DNA of 64,000 nucleotides, from NCBI GenBank assembly GCA_965218095.1, contig OZ244587.1, forward strand, positions 4,224,001 through 4,288,000. Direction: 5' to 3'. Below, one piece after another: positions 12,193 to 22,379 of this stretch (position 1 is the first letter of the stretch; each line of letters begins with the position of its first letter). Source of the stretch: Candidatus Poribacteria bacterium. Its GTDB lineage: Bacteria; Poribacteria; WGA-4E; PCPOR2b. Both the position numbers and the translations under genes were made by a program. The notes below the pieces were generated by a model. That model had not been told where the DNA came from. It ran no database searches and was given only the letters and a program-made list of their open reading frames with translations.

Positions 12193-12969
12193 TCAAGTCT
12201 GTTTACGTAAATCAACGATCTGCAGTAGATGACTTGCCAAAATTATCATTTCAGATGCTTCTTCTGCAGTCACCTTTACATCTCGGTGACTGAAGGGATT
12301 CTTATAAGAACCAATTGCCCCAGCAAATAAGGCTAATCGAGCTTCTTTTTCTGCTTCAGGTTGATTAGGATCGGTTAAATTACCTGTCTTAGCATGAAAT
12401 GCTTTACGCATCAGGGTAGTTCCATAATCTGTCTCTGCATATTCCCCGGCTTCGCGGACAGCGATCTCGACCTCTATGAATGCGTGAAGAACAGCGATAC
12501 GATAGTCGCCTAGCAGGAATTTAGACCACACTTGTTCAGCGATTATGGAGTGAAGTTGATCTTTAGGTAAAAGTTTCGCCTTGCGATAAGCTTCTAGGTC
12601 CTTGTCTGTTTTGATTGTTTTTCCTCGTCTCGTAACGAAGTACACAGTTATGTCACCGGTGGACGTTTCGCCTGATAAGTTAGTTGGTCTTGGGGCAACT
12701 AGTCCTTCATTTTCCAACCATTGCCAAGCCTCCATAAGTGCAAAGAGAATCTTATTGTCGTGTTCAGGAGGGTATTTTTGACGCATCTCTCTTTGCATAG
12801 TCTCAAATGCTCTTAACATGGGATCGTGTGATATGACATTGCTTGGAATTATGCGCTGATCGTCCTCTAAAGATATTAAGAGCGGTCCGGCAAGTTCCTC
12901 TGGCTCAACAGCTAATAAAGATTCTGCGTCTGGAAATGTCTCAAATAGCTTTGGGAATATTTGTTGCAT
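12193..12969 (-). CDS. TIGR02391 (Ymh-like) family protein
   Basis: AFIEVEIAVR..DYGTTLMRKAF..LFAGAIGSYKNPFSH C-terminal signature. Confidence 0.75.
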   Translation of the reverse strand: MQQIFPKLFETFPDAESLLAVEPEELAGPLLISLEDDQRIIPSNVISHDPMLRAFETMQREMRQKYPPEHDNKILFALMEAWQWLENEGLVAPRPTNLSGETSTGDITVYFVTRRGKTIKTDKDLEAYRKAKLLPKDQLHSIIAEQVWSKFLLGDYRIAVLHAFIEVEIAVREAGEYAETDYGTTLMRKAFHAKTGNLTDPNQPEAEKEARLALFAGAIGSYKNPFSHRDVKVTAEEASEMIILASHLLQIVDLRKQT

Positions 12970-13029
12970 AGTGTGTTATCTTCTTTCATTGTCCTTACTG
13001 TGTCAGATCTGTCAGCAGGATTTGGTAAA

Positions 13030-13080
13030 TTATGTTTTACCAATCATACCTTCCCAAGGGCTTGACGCCGTCGCATAAAA
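13030..13080 (-). repeat. Diverged duplicate of the last 17 codons of thiG
   Basis: FYATASSPWEGMIGKT* versus thi[17 protein letters not shown]; 40/51 nt identical by manual alignment. Confidence 0.85.
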
Positions 13081-13155
13081 TCGTGGCTTCTGTTTTCAAA
13101 AGAAGATGTGCCCGTTACATAGACCTCTGGATTGCATCTGATAATAGCGAGTCCG

Positions 13156-13515
13156 TCAATGCCGCTTGGCAAGCTGGTTCTGGGCTGAGACATCGCCTTG
13201 TTCGGCAGCTCTGCGAAACCACTTGACAGCTTCCGCGTCGTTTTGAGGAACACCCCTGCCATATTGATACATCCAGCCGAGGTTATTTTGGGCTGCGGAA
13301 TAGCTGCTCTCAGCAGCTTTGCGAAATCATTTGACAGCCTCAGCATCGTCTTGAGGGACACCCGCGCCAACTACATACCTCCTGCCGAGGCTGAACTGGG
13401 CGTCGGCATCGCTTGGCTCGGTAAGCGTTTTCAATTCCTTTAGTGTCTCTGTTTCCCGTTTTCGCTCTTCGGTTTCAATTCGTTGATATGCTGATGATGT
13501 GCGGCCATCTAACAT
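13156..13515 (-). pseudogene. Third HNH-Sel1 paralogue, HNH domain deleted and frameshifted
   Basis: Starts MLDGRTSSAYQR like the other copies, jumps to IETEERK, then Sel1 repeats with frameshift/stop; 3' end and flank match copy 10667-12127. Confidence 0.75.
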
Positions 13516-13541
13516 GAGAACTTCCCTCAAAATCTACCCTA

Positions 13542-14318
13542 TTACGCTTTGTCAATCATACCTTCCAAAGGGCTCGATGCTGTCGCGTAGAGTTTTCTCG
13601 GAATCCGCCCTGCCAGAAATGCCTCCCTGCCCGCTTCGACCGCCTTTCGCATGGCGGTTGCCATCAGTACCGGCTGACGCGCTTTGGCAACCGCGGTGCT
13701 GAGTAGGACGCCGTCACAGCCGAGTTCCATCGCAATCGCTGCGTCGGAGGCGGTCCCGACCCCCGCATCGACGATCACGGGGACACTGACGGTATCGCGG
13801 ATAATCTGGATGTTGTACGGGTTGCGGATGCCCATGCCTGAACCAATCGGCGCCCCCAACGGCATCACCGTTGCGCACCCGATGTCTTCCAACTTCTTAC
13901 AGGTAATCGGATCGTCATTGCAGTAGGGCATCACGGTGAACCCATCTTTGACCAGCGTCGCGGCTGCGGGTAGCAACTGCTCAACGTCGGGAAACAGGGT
14001 CTGGTCGTCGCCGATGACCTCTAACTTGACGAGTAAGGTTTCGAGTGCTTCACGCGCGAGTTGTGCTGTCAGCACGGCATCCTTTGCCGTGAAACAACCT
14101 GCGGTGTTCGGTAAGATTGTGTATCCCTTCTCACGAAGGAGGTTGAACAGATTTTCCCCTGAAGCCTCGCTGAGTTTCACCCGGCGCATGGCGACGGTAG
14201 CGATTTCCGCACCGGTCGCTTCAAGCGACCGGATCATCAGGTCGAAATTGGGGTAACCGGCTGTACCGATTAGCAGTCGTGATTGATAAACGTTATCACC
14301 AATTTTGAGTCCTTCCAT
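13542..14318 (-). CDS. thiG: Thiazole synthase
   Basis: [36 protein letters not shown]. Confidence 0.96.
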   Translation of the reverse strand: MEGLKIGDNVYQSRLLIGTAGYPNFDLMIRSLEATGAEIATVAMRRVKLSEASGENLFNLLREKGYTILPNTAGCFTAKDAVLTAQLAREALETLLVKLEVIGDDQTLFPDVEQLLPAAATLVKDGFTVMPYCNDDPITCKKLEDIGCATVMPLGAPIGSGMGIRNPYNIQIIRDTVSVPVIVDAGVGTASDAAIAMELGCDGVLLSTAVAKARQPVLMATAMRKAVEAGREAFLAGRIPRKLYATASSPLEGMIDKA

Positions 14319-14339
14319 TTTTTCCTCTTTCTCATTCTG

Positions 14340-15383
14340 TCGTCAATGTAGCAACTCTCTTTGAATCCACTGACAAGCAATCCAACGACTATATTGAGCG
14401 GATTGCTCAACTGGAGCAACTCGTTGGCAGATTGACCATGGTGTTAGACATCCCCCAAAAAGCCTCCACTTGGCTGACTTGAATCGGTCTCAAAAGCAAC
14501 AGATGGTTGAGGCTTTGCACACGGATTACTCAGTTCGACGCATTTGTGATACACTCGGCTTCAATCGGAGCAGTCTCTATTATCAACAAAAGCATGACCC
14601 CTTTGAACAAGTGCTACGGGGTGAAACTGAGAAACTATCTACCCCGAGATATGGCTATAGACGTATCACCCAGCTCAGCTGCTGTTGCGTATGGGATACA
14701 CGGTCGGTTACCGACGCGTCGCCCGACTGATGAAAGCAGACAATCTGTCGGTTGCTGTAAAACGTGCCTGTCAAACCACCCAATCGTTTGACTGTGTTGG
14801 TCAATCAGTCAATCGGGTTGAGAATCTTGACATCTGTCGAAGCAATCAGGTTTGGGTCGGTGATATGACCTATGTCCGACTCAAGTTGCTTTGAATCCCG
14901 ATCTTATCGGGGGGGCAATTCATCTATGTTTCGGTGTTAATCGATGTATTGACTCGAATGGGAAGAGGCTGGCAACTGAGTCGGCAGTTGACACAACCTC
15001 TCACATTGAGACCGTTGCAACAGGCATTAAGCCAAAGCGTTCCAGAGATTCACCCTAGCGACCAGGGAGTTCAGTATCTTTCGACAGCTTATATTTCCAC
15101 TCTCATCGGTCATGGGATTGACATCTCCTTAGCCCATCGGGGGTGTCCGTGGGAGAACGGCTACGCCGAAAGACTGATAAGAACCCTCAAGGAGGAAGAG
15201 GTGTATCTCAATGGCTACGATGATATAATGGATGCCAGAGCGCGAATCGGGCATTTTATTGTACAAGTTTATAACCAGAAAAGACCTCACTCGGTGTTAG
15301 GGTATTTGACGCCGGTTGAATTTGAGCAACAACACTTGGTTTAACTTTGATGATTTCTGGTCTAAATTACCGTTGGCACTTCA
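14340..15383 (+). mobile_element. IS3-family element remnant (left end lost, transposase disrupted)
   Basis: orfA tail RIAQLEQLVGRLT; orfB pieces YGYRRI, WVGDMTY, SDQGVQY, ENGYAER, YNQKRPHSVLGYLTP; right end ...TTGGCACTTCA. Confidence 0.85.
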
Positions 15384-15536
15384 TAATCCAAGTCCTTTCA
15401 GAACTTCGGGTTGGTAGCGGTTGATGATATATAAATGTTCATCGGCAGGTGCAATCAATTGTATTAGCTGCTGTGTTTCTAATAAAGCACGAAATATTTT
15501 TGCTTCAGATTCTTTAGAGACTTTAATTAGTGGCAT
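15384..15536 (-). pseudogene. Small hypothetical gene cut by the IS3 end
   Basis: SD GGAGG then MPLIKVSKESE...; stop codon is supplied by the IS terminus. Confidence 0.35.
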
Positions 15537-15745
15537 AGTCTTTCCTCCCGTTGTCATACTTTCGTTTTTCAATCATACAAAATCCAGGCGTTGGTGTCAA
15601 GGCTAATTTTGTTCTGCCTGCCTTTTAATCTTTCCCTCCCATTATGTTTTACTTTCCGTTTGAAGTCTGACGTGGTAAAATAATGCTATCAAGTGGGATG
15701 TCAGCAGCCGTAGCTTGTCACCGCTGTACGTATTGAGGCACTGTT

Positions 15746-15957
15746 ATGATTAACACAGAGATGCTGTCAGAAATCTTTTCTGGAACCGATGAGGTCGTGG
15801 CAACCTACTTCTTCGGCTTACAGGTCAAAGGCAGGACCGACATTATTATCGAGTGGATCCAGCGGAAATCTATCAAATCTTGACAGAAAATCTGTCAGAC
15901 ATCCAGAAGTGGCAAGACAGATTGTTAGAGATTATCGAACCAGGAACAAATGATTGA
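15746..15957 (+). pseudogene. Collapsed MNT-nucleotidyltransferase / HEPN(DUF86) toxin-antitoxin remnant
   Basis: MINTEMLSEIF..VVATYFFGLQVKG joined out of frame to HYYRVDPAEIYQILTENLSDI. Confidence 0.55.
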
Positions 15958-15995
15958 AGGTAAGGTTTCAGAGCATCTTAGAGAGGAGAAGTTGC

Positions 15996-17189
15996 ATGCC
16001 CGACGTTATTGTTGGACATATTGAAGCCCCGGAAAGCCTTGAACCGGTGTTCACCGAATTCGATCGACATCACCCCGGCTTGAAGATGGGGTGCGGTCAT
16101 TTCGACGGCGATGCAGGTGAGCTTGTCGCAGAGTACGATGGCGTGCGATATATCTGGATCGATCAAGGCGTCGGAGATGTCTTTCTGGACGCGGGCTATC
16201 GCACGCAGGAAGGAGATGGAGAGAAGTTGTCAGCGGTCTACGAAACAGATGAATGTGATGACGAAACCTGGCCCATCCTGCAAACGTTGGCGGAAAACCT
16301 TAACACACTTCATGAACGAATCCGACCGCCGGTCGAGGCGATTTTGGACCGGATCGCCGGGAGAATGCTCACCGGCGGCATCGCCGGCGAGATCCGGCTG
16401 ATGGAAGAGAGCAGCATTCCCCGCGAGAAATGGACGACCCGACCGAAAGTTCGCCGCGCCTTTGACCTATTGTTGGAAAGTTACGTCATCGTTGGCTGGT
16501 CAACCAAGCAAGTCGGCTCGTTTGAACCGATTCAAGCCGGCGATCAGCTCACAGCAGCGGCGGATGAGCCGATTCGGGTGCGTGGGAAGTTCCGCTACTG
16601 GTGGATCGAGAACACAGATATCTTCATGACCCACGTAACGACTACCCGCCGGTTGCGCTACCTCCGTGATACTGCGGGCGGATGCAATTTTGTGTTTGAC
16701 ACCTTTCGCCGTCTGCCCATGACCTGGCATTGCAACACGGCGACAGAGGATGAAGCTGATGGTGTCAATTCAGTCAACAGCTATGTCGTCAACATTGCCG
16801 CCGAAACCTCACAGACACATTACTACCCGGCGACGCCGATTGGTGGCGGAAAGGCGCAGTACGAAATTTATTTTGTCTTAGATCCAAGTGTGTATTCGCT
16901 AAACACCTATGGACGCAAGAGTTACCTGTACGCTTTCCCCAATGTCGCGGATTTGACCCGTTACGAGGAGATCCCTCTCAGACCCGGTACAGTAGTCTAT
17001 ATCCCACCCGACACCGGGCATCGAGGGGTTGATGCGTTTGTGAATGTCGTGACGCTACCCGGCTTCAAGCCACACAATGAGATCTACTTGGACCAGCAGA
17101 TTAAGGATACCACCAACGGGAAATCTCCGTATAACGGAAGAGTCGTTCACTGTCATAAGGAACCAATCAATGCAGAAATGGTATGCTAA
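15996..17189 (+). CDS. Hypothetical protein with C-terminal cupin-like motifs
   Basis: Long ORF after SD GAGGAG; QTHYYP..EIYFVL and LRPGTVVYIPPDTGHRG. Confidence 0.6.
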   Translation: MPDVIVGHIEAPESLEPVFTEFDRHHPGLKMGCGHFDGDAGELVAEYDGVRYIWIDQGVGDVFLDAGYRTQEGDGEKLSAVYETDECDDETWPILQTLAENLNTLHERIRPPVEAILDRIAGRMLTGGIAGEIRLMEESSIPREKWTTRPKVRRAFDLLLESYVIVGWSTKQVGSFEPIQAGDQLTAAADEPIRVRGKFRYWWIENTDIFMTHVTTTRRLRYLRDTAGGCNFVFDTFRRLPMTWHCNTATEDEADGVNSVNSYVVNIAAETSQTHYYPATPIGGGKAQYEIYFVLDPSVYSLNTYGRKSYLYAFPNVADLTRYEEIPLRPGTVVYIPPDTGHRGVDAFVNVVTLPGFKPHNEIYLDQQIKDTTNGKSPYNGRVVHCHKEPINAEMVC

Positions 17190-17367
17190 CAAAGTCCTTT
17201 TGAACACCCTTATCCTCATCATGGTCGTTGGGTTTATGGGGTACATACTTCAACCATCCCTTCAAATCGAGCAGTTAGGGCTTGTCGTCTTCTTAACCGC
17301 CGGAACGTTGGTTATGATTAGAGGCGTCGTGAAGATTACAATGGGCATGCGAAAAACGGGACGATAG
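17170..17367 (+). CDS. Small membrane protein with two TM segments
   Basis: Two hydrophobic stretches and a basic tail; overlaps the upstream stop. Confidence 0.45.
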   Translation: MQKWYANKVLLNTLILIMVVGFMGYILQPSLQIEQLGLVVFLTAGTLVMIRGVVKITMGMRKTGR

Positions 17368-17426
17368 CCATTGGAGTGTGCAAATCGGGGGTTATATAGT
17401 AACGGAGAAAAATCCAACGATCTTTT

Positions 17427-17690
17427 TCAGATTAAGTGTCGAGTCTTGATGAAATGACGAACAGCCATACGTGCCCCCCCCCCCCTAATCTTAGCAATCG
17501 AAGTTTTTGCAAGTTCCTTTGAAAGTAACAGGCGAATCTCCTCTTCTCTGCCATCAAGCTTTGAATTTGTTGTGCCCTTGGGGTGACCAATCGCCTTTCC
17601 TTTTGCTTGAGCATTTGCCAATCCTTCTTTAGTCTGTTGTGAGATCAGGTCCCGCTCAATTTCAGCAAAAAGACTGTTTGCGGAAGTGAA
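17427..17690 (-). pseudogene. Serine recombinase/resolvase C-terminal remnant
   Basis: FAEIERDLISQQTKEGL..AKGKAIG.PKG followed by an HTH. Confidence 0.75.
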
Positions 17691-17721
17691 CTCTCCAACT
17701 CTCAACATCTATGGGAAAAAC

Positions 17722-18780
17722 ATGTCAAAATTGCGCGTTGGAATAATTGGATCCAAATTCGCCGCTCGACTGCATGCAGAAGCGTACCTCAAGTGTCCAT
17801 CCGCTGAATTGTACGCGGCAGCCTCGCCAAACTGCGAGCATGTCGAGCAATTTGGGGTTGAATACAAGCTCGCGAAGGTTTATACCGATTACCGCCAAAT
17901 GTTCGACGAAGAATCGTTAGATCTCGTCAGCATCTGCGTGCCTAACTTTCTGCACAAAACGGTTACGCTCGAAGCCGCAGAACGTGACGTCCATATCATC
18001 TGTGAGAAACCGCTCGCAACAGCCGTGGCAGATGCCGAAGCAATGGTCGGTGGGTGCGCGAAAAACGGCGTCAAACTGATGTATGCCGAGGATTGGCTGT
18101 TTGCGCCGGCTTTGCAGCGGGCGAAGCAGTTATACGAGGAGGGGGCAATCGGCAAGTTACTCTGCGTCAAAGCGAAGGAAAGCCACAGCGGTTCACATTC
18201 GATTTACGCGCAGAAAGTCGAATACTGCGGCGGTGGGGCGTTGATTCATTTGGGTATCCATCCAACCGGATTTGTACGCTGGTTTGTCGGCGGAGAAGTG
18301 ACGGAAGTAATGGGACAGGTCAGCGGCGGCGGGGCAGAAAATTTGCTGCACGAACAGTTTGAAGGCGAAGATTGGGCGACGGCGACATTAACTTTTGAGA
18401 ATGGCGTGCGCGCCCAAATCGATGCAAATTACATCACCTACGGCGGCATGGATAATCAGGTCGAAATCTACGGGAGCGAGGGCAATCTGCGGGTTGATCT
18501 CACGCAATCCTCGCCGGTCCGCGCATTCAGTCTGCACGGCTTCGACTATGCAACTGAGAAGTCGGAAACCACAATCGGTTGGACGCGCCCCGCCGTTGAC
18601 GAAGAATGGCTGCTCGGCTATCCACAGGAGATGGCACATTTCGTCGATTGTGTGCAACGCGATCGCGAACCGATGTGGGGTGCTCGCGGCGAGGACGGGC
18701 TGGAAGCGTTGCAAATCGTGATGGCGGTTTACGAGTCGGCAAAGTCGGGGGCACGAATTGAACTGAAACGCGAAAGGTGA
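17722..18780 (+). CDS. Gfo/Idh/MocA oxidoreductase
   Basis: VGIIG, CEKPLA, GGGALIHLGIH. Confidence 0.9.
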   Translation: MSKLRVGIIGSKFAARLHAEAYLKCPSAELYAAASPNCEHVEQFGVEYKLAKVYTDYRQMFDEESLDLVSICVPNFLHKTVTLEAAERDVHIICEKPLATAVADAEAMVGGCAKNGVKLMYAEDWLFAPALQRAKQLYEEGAIGKLLCVKAKESHSGSHSIYAQKVEYCGGGALIHLGIHPTGFVRWFVGGEVTEVMGQVSGGGAENLLHEQFEGEDWATATLTFENGVRAQIDANYITYGGMDNQVEIYGSEGNLRVDLTQSSPVRAFSLHGFDYATEKSETTIGWTRPAVDEEWLLGYPQEMAHFVDCVQRDREPMWGARGEDGLEALQIVMAVYESAKSGARIELKRER

Positions 18781-18818
18781 TGCATAATGAATAAAACTCA
18801 CTCGTTACGTCTCACGCA

Positions 18819-18974
18819 TCACCTGTTGATTCTAACGAAGGTCAGTTCTACAATTGGGGAAGACAGTTCCAGCATATCAAAGAGAACGCTTTTCAGGACA
18901 AGTTTACTTTCTTTCTCGCCGAACAGTTTCTTAAACCCAAAATCGGTTGTTGGATCCAAGTATCTGGCAAACAG
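18819..18974 (-). pseudogene. Rpn / PD-(D/E)XK nuclease-family N-terminal stub
   Basis: A frame not in the ORF track reads RYLDPTTDFGFKKLFGE..VLKSVL.DML. Confidence 0.65.
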
Positions 18975-18990
18975 TTCAGTATCCCCTTTC

Positions 18991-19791
18991 TCATGAACGC
19001 CTCCGCTTTTTGCGTCTTGGTGGCGGCGGTGCCGGGGCAGTCACTGCCTCCGTTACAGTGGGACGATGCGTGACCCAGTAAATAAGCCAACCACCAATAA
19101 TGACCATCAAAATACTTATGAATTGTGCTTCTGTCATCCCGAAGAGGACCGGCCGATTCAGCCGAAAGAATTCTGCGATGAAACGCTCGATTCCCGCCAG
19201 GATAAACGCTCCGCCCAACAGCCACCCCGGCGTGCCTTCTTTCCGTTTGCGGAGATACCACAGCACTCCAAAACCGATCAGCGACATCCCTGTTTCATAC
19301 AGTGGCGTCGGATGGACAGGAACATCAGTCGGCACCGTACCGTTGGGAAATGGCATCGCCCATGGCAGGTCTGTGGGTTGTCCGTAGTCTCCATCTCCAG
19401 AGAGGAAGCATCCGATTCGCCCAATCCCATATCCGAGCAAAACCAACATACCAATCGAATCAAGTGTCGGCAGAATCGGATTGGGGGACCAATGGATAAC
19501 AAACAGAACGGTTGCAAGCGCACCGATGACGCCACCATACCAAACCAGCCCGCTATTTGAAATCAGTTCAGCCATTTCGACCGTGCCGTTTTGCAACGCT
19601 GAGTAGAATTTTGCGCCAACAATTCCTCCGACTGCAGCTACAAAGACTATCGATGACGCCGGGCGCGGGTCCAGTCCTTTCCTTGCTAACTCGCGCTGTG
19701 AAATGAACATGACGGTAAGAAAGGCTAACGCCATCATCAGTCCGAAGCTATGAATCGCTATGGGGCCAAAATCAATGAGTGTTGGGTACAT
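18991..19791 (-). CDS. lgt: Prolipoprotein diacylglyceryl transferase
   Basis: MYPTL, GLVWYGG, GRIGCFLSGDGDYG, HPTPLYE. Confidence 0.92.
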   Translation of the reverse strand: MYPTLIDFGPIAIHSFGLMMALAFLTVMFISQRELARKGLDPRPASSIVFVAAVGGIVGAKFYSALQNGTVEMAELISNSGLVWYGGVIGALATVLFVIHWSPNPILPTLDSIGMLVLLGYGIGRIGCFLSGDGDYGQPTDLPWAMPFPNGTVPTDVPVHPTPLYETGMSLIGFGVLWYLRKRKEGTPGWLLGGAFILAGIERFIAEFFRLNRPVLFGMTEAQFISILMVIIGGWLIYWVTHRPTVTEAVTAPAPPPPRRKKRRRS

Positions 19792-20003
19792 TAGTTTCTT
19801 CCTCAGTTTTGAAACTCAATTTATGGAAAATGGATACAAATTTTTCTATATTTTCAGTGATGCATTGATGGGAGCGAGTGAATCAGTGTCTGGTGTTTCC
19901 GTCAGCTACCAACACCCGGTCACTAGGCAACTTTTCGAAAATCGTATGCAAGAATTTATGCCAGGTACTTTATCATTTCTCTGTTTCCCCATTTCCTTGT
20001 GCT

Positions 20004-21158
20004 TTAATTTCCCCCCAAAACCGTCGTCTTCAACAGCCATCCGACCAGTGCACCGCCCAGCACCAGCCACGCTGAATTGATTTTATAGCGAAACAGTACC
20101 ACCGCTGATACGAGCGCAATCAGCCAAGCTCCCCAATCGATCAGCGTGCCACGCGTCAATTCAACTGTGACCGCCGCCATCAGCCCAATCGTGCTTACAT
20201 TGACCGCGTCCAGAAACGCGCCTGCGATTGCTGATTGGCGAAGACGCGGAATAAGCGGGTTGGTTGCTAACACAAACAGAAACGACGGGCCAAAGATACC
20301 AAGGGTTGCCACAACTGCACCAGTCGACCCCGCCAGTATGTAGCCGATGAAAGTGGCAGTCGTGAGGACGGGCCCCGGCGTCAACTGCCCAATCGCGATT
20401 GCGTCGAGGAGTTGTTGCTGCGTCAGCCATTGGCGCTGCTCAACCAGGTCGCCTTGCAGGAAGGCAACAAGGACGTAACCACTGCCAAACAGCACGCAGC
20501 CGATTTTTAGGAAGAAAAGCCCAAGGGAGGGAAGGGAAATTGACGACGAAGGGACAGTTGTGGCAGTGACCGTCAGACTGCCGGAGGGGAGCCAGGCAAG
20601 GCCGAGCAACATCTTCTCTTTTCGCCATCGCTTTCCAATCTGCCACAGGATGCCTGCAATCCCGCCGGCAAACAGCGCGACGATTTCGTTGATGCCAAGC
20701 AAGACAAGCAGCATCACCAGCATTCCCACCACAATGAGAAAGAGACTCTTCGCCGCTGTTGTGCCCAACCGCCACACTGCGTTGAGAATAACAGCGATGA
20801 CCGCAGGCTTGATGCCGTACAACAGTGCGCTCGCCTGTGGTACCGTCTGGAACTGATCGTAAACCCACGCGCAGCCTAATGTGATCAGCGCCGCAGGGAG
20901 AATAAAGCTAACACCTGCGATGATCAGTCCTGCAATCCCTGCACGCACGAAACCGATGTGGATGGTCATCTCAGTGGAGTTGGGACCGGGAATGAGGTTT
21001 GTCGCACCGAGCAGGTCAAGGAATCGCTCCCGCGTCAGCCAGTGACGACGTGCAACCACCACCTCCTCCATCATAGCGATATGCGCAGCAGGCCCACCGA
21101 ACGCCGTGACGCCTAACTTGAGAAACAGCACTGAAAGTCGTCCGATTTTGTCCATCAT
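20004..21158 (-). CDS. chrA: Chromate efflux transporter
   Basis: AFGGPAAHIA, PGPNSTE, FGSGYVL, TPGPV. Confidence 0.9.
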   Translation of the reverse strand: MMDKIGRLSVLFLKLGVTAFGGPAAHIAMMEEVVVARRHWLTRERFLDLLGATNLIPGPNSTEMTIHIGFVRAGIAGLIIAGVSFILPAALITLGCAWVYDQFQTVPQASALLYGIKPAVIAVILNAVWRLGTTAAKSLFLIVVGMLVMLLVLLGINEIVALFAGGIAGILWQIGKRWRKEKMLLGLAWLPSGSLTVTATTVPSSSISLPSLGLFFLKIGCVLFGSGYVLVAFLQGDLVEQRQWLTQQQLLDAIAIGQLTPGPVLTTATFIGYILAGSTGAVVATLGIFGPSFLFVLATNPLIPRLRQSAIAGAFLDAVNVSTIGLMAAVTVELTRGTLIDWGAWLIALVSAVVLFRYKINSAWLVLGGALVGWLLKTTVLGGN

Positions 21159-21966
21159 ATTTTTCGATTATAGGCGACTTTGGAGGATTTGTCAAGATCT
21201 ATTTGGGAGGAAATACTCAGAGGTGGTTAGGGGCGGCATCTCATGCATCGTAGGACTTTAGAATTGCAGCAGAACGGTTTCAACCGTTACGAGAGGGTGG
21301 GTGAATTCTCGTGAATGGTGACGGGCTGGCAGCCTTGAGACGAGGAAATTCAGGCAAGACGGTTTGACAATGCTACTGTTTTTTGATAAATCGAGGCAGC
21401 TCATGATTCTATCTTGGTTTGAACACGATCTCGCCAATCGCGCGACGCAGCTCTTTTGCAAACGTTGAGAATTGGGTTGGAAAGGAGTTCTCAAGGAGAC
21501 CTCGGCTAATCACTTCAGTTTCAAAACTGGTTTCTGGAGAATTGGCAGAGCCTCCAACGTCTCATCGGAATACCGTTGCCAAACGGATACCCTTTCGGTT
21601 CCTTCCCACAGTTTACCCTCGATGCCTCTACCCATCTTCAGAGCATCGAGGGCATAGCGACGGCAATTCTGTGCATACTATTTCAATGTTTGATTGGGTT
21701 CTTTGTACCAAAGCTGACACAGGTGTAAACACATCTCTTGAAGCAGATTGTCCCGTAACTGACGATTCGTGGTTAATTTTCCCGTGGTCGATTGAAGTTG
21801 AGGGGTGAGTTTATCGAGAAATTCTTGCATCCTTTCCTCGCTTCCTGAAGGTGGGTGAAGACAAGGTTTGCCTTGGATCTTATGTTTGTATTCACATGTG
21901 TCCCATTTTTCCACCATGCGATAAACTCATTGAAATGGAAAATCTGAGTTCAGTGCGCACACCTAG

Positions 21967-22179
21967 AGCAGCGCACTCAACACCGCTGCCAGCTTGCACC
22001 TGTTAGCGAGTTCAACGCATGGTGTGGCGATGGATTTCAAGCCGCACGAATCGCCGATGCAACACGAACTCGTCAGCGACCCGTGGGTTCAAGCGGTGGG
22101 TTATCTCGCTGTGCGGGACAAACCTGGGCTGAGAGGTCAGGTGCGGGAAGATATTGTGCAAAAGTACCTGCCTCAGTAA
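21967..22179 (+). pseudogene. Mandelate racemase/enolase C-terminal stub
   Basis: SALNTAASLHLLAS..GYLAV.DKPGL. Confidence 0.55.
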
Positions 22180-22196
22180 CAATTAATACTGCCATC

Positions 22197-22375
22197 TTAC
22201 GGTTCCCACAGGGTCCCCATGATATACTGCTCGTCGTCTGGGCGATCATCAAAGTAGTAAACCATCACCACCCTCATCGGGGCGCTGCACGGTTCGGGGG
22301 TATCCGATGTCGTGATTACCGCTGTCATCGCGCAAGATGATCTCCTTCTCCCATGTTGCGCCATCGTCCGTTCCC
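22197..22375 (-). pseudogene. BNR/sialidase-like C-terminal stub
   Basis: DGATWEKEIILRDD..DIGYPRTVQRPD..VYYF..GTLWEP with a frameshift. Confidence 0.55.
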
Positions 22376-22379
22376 CCGA

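Noticed and set aside
21258-21917. Degraded ORF with a vague sigma-factor-like look
   Set aside because: Multiple stops and no diagnostic motif; cannot support a call.
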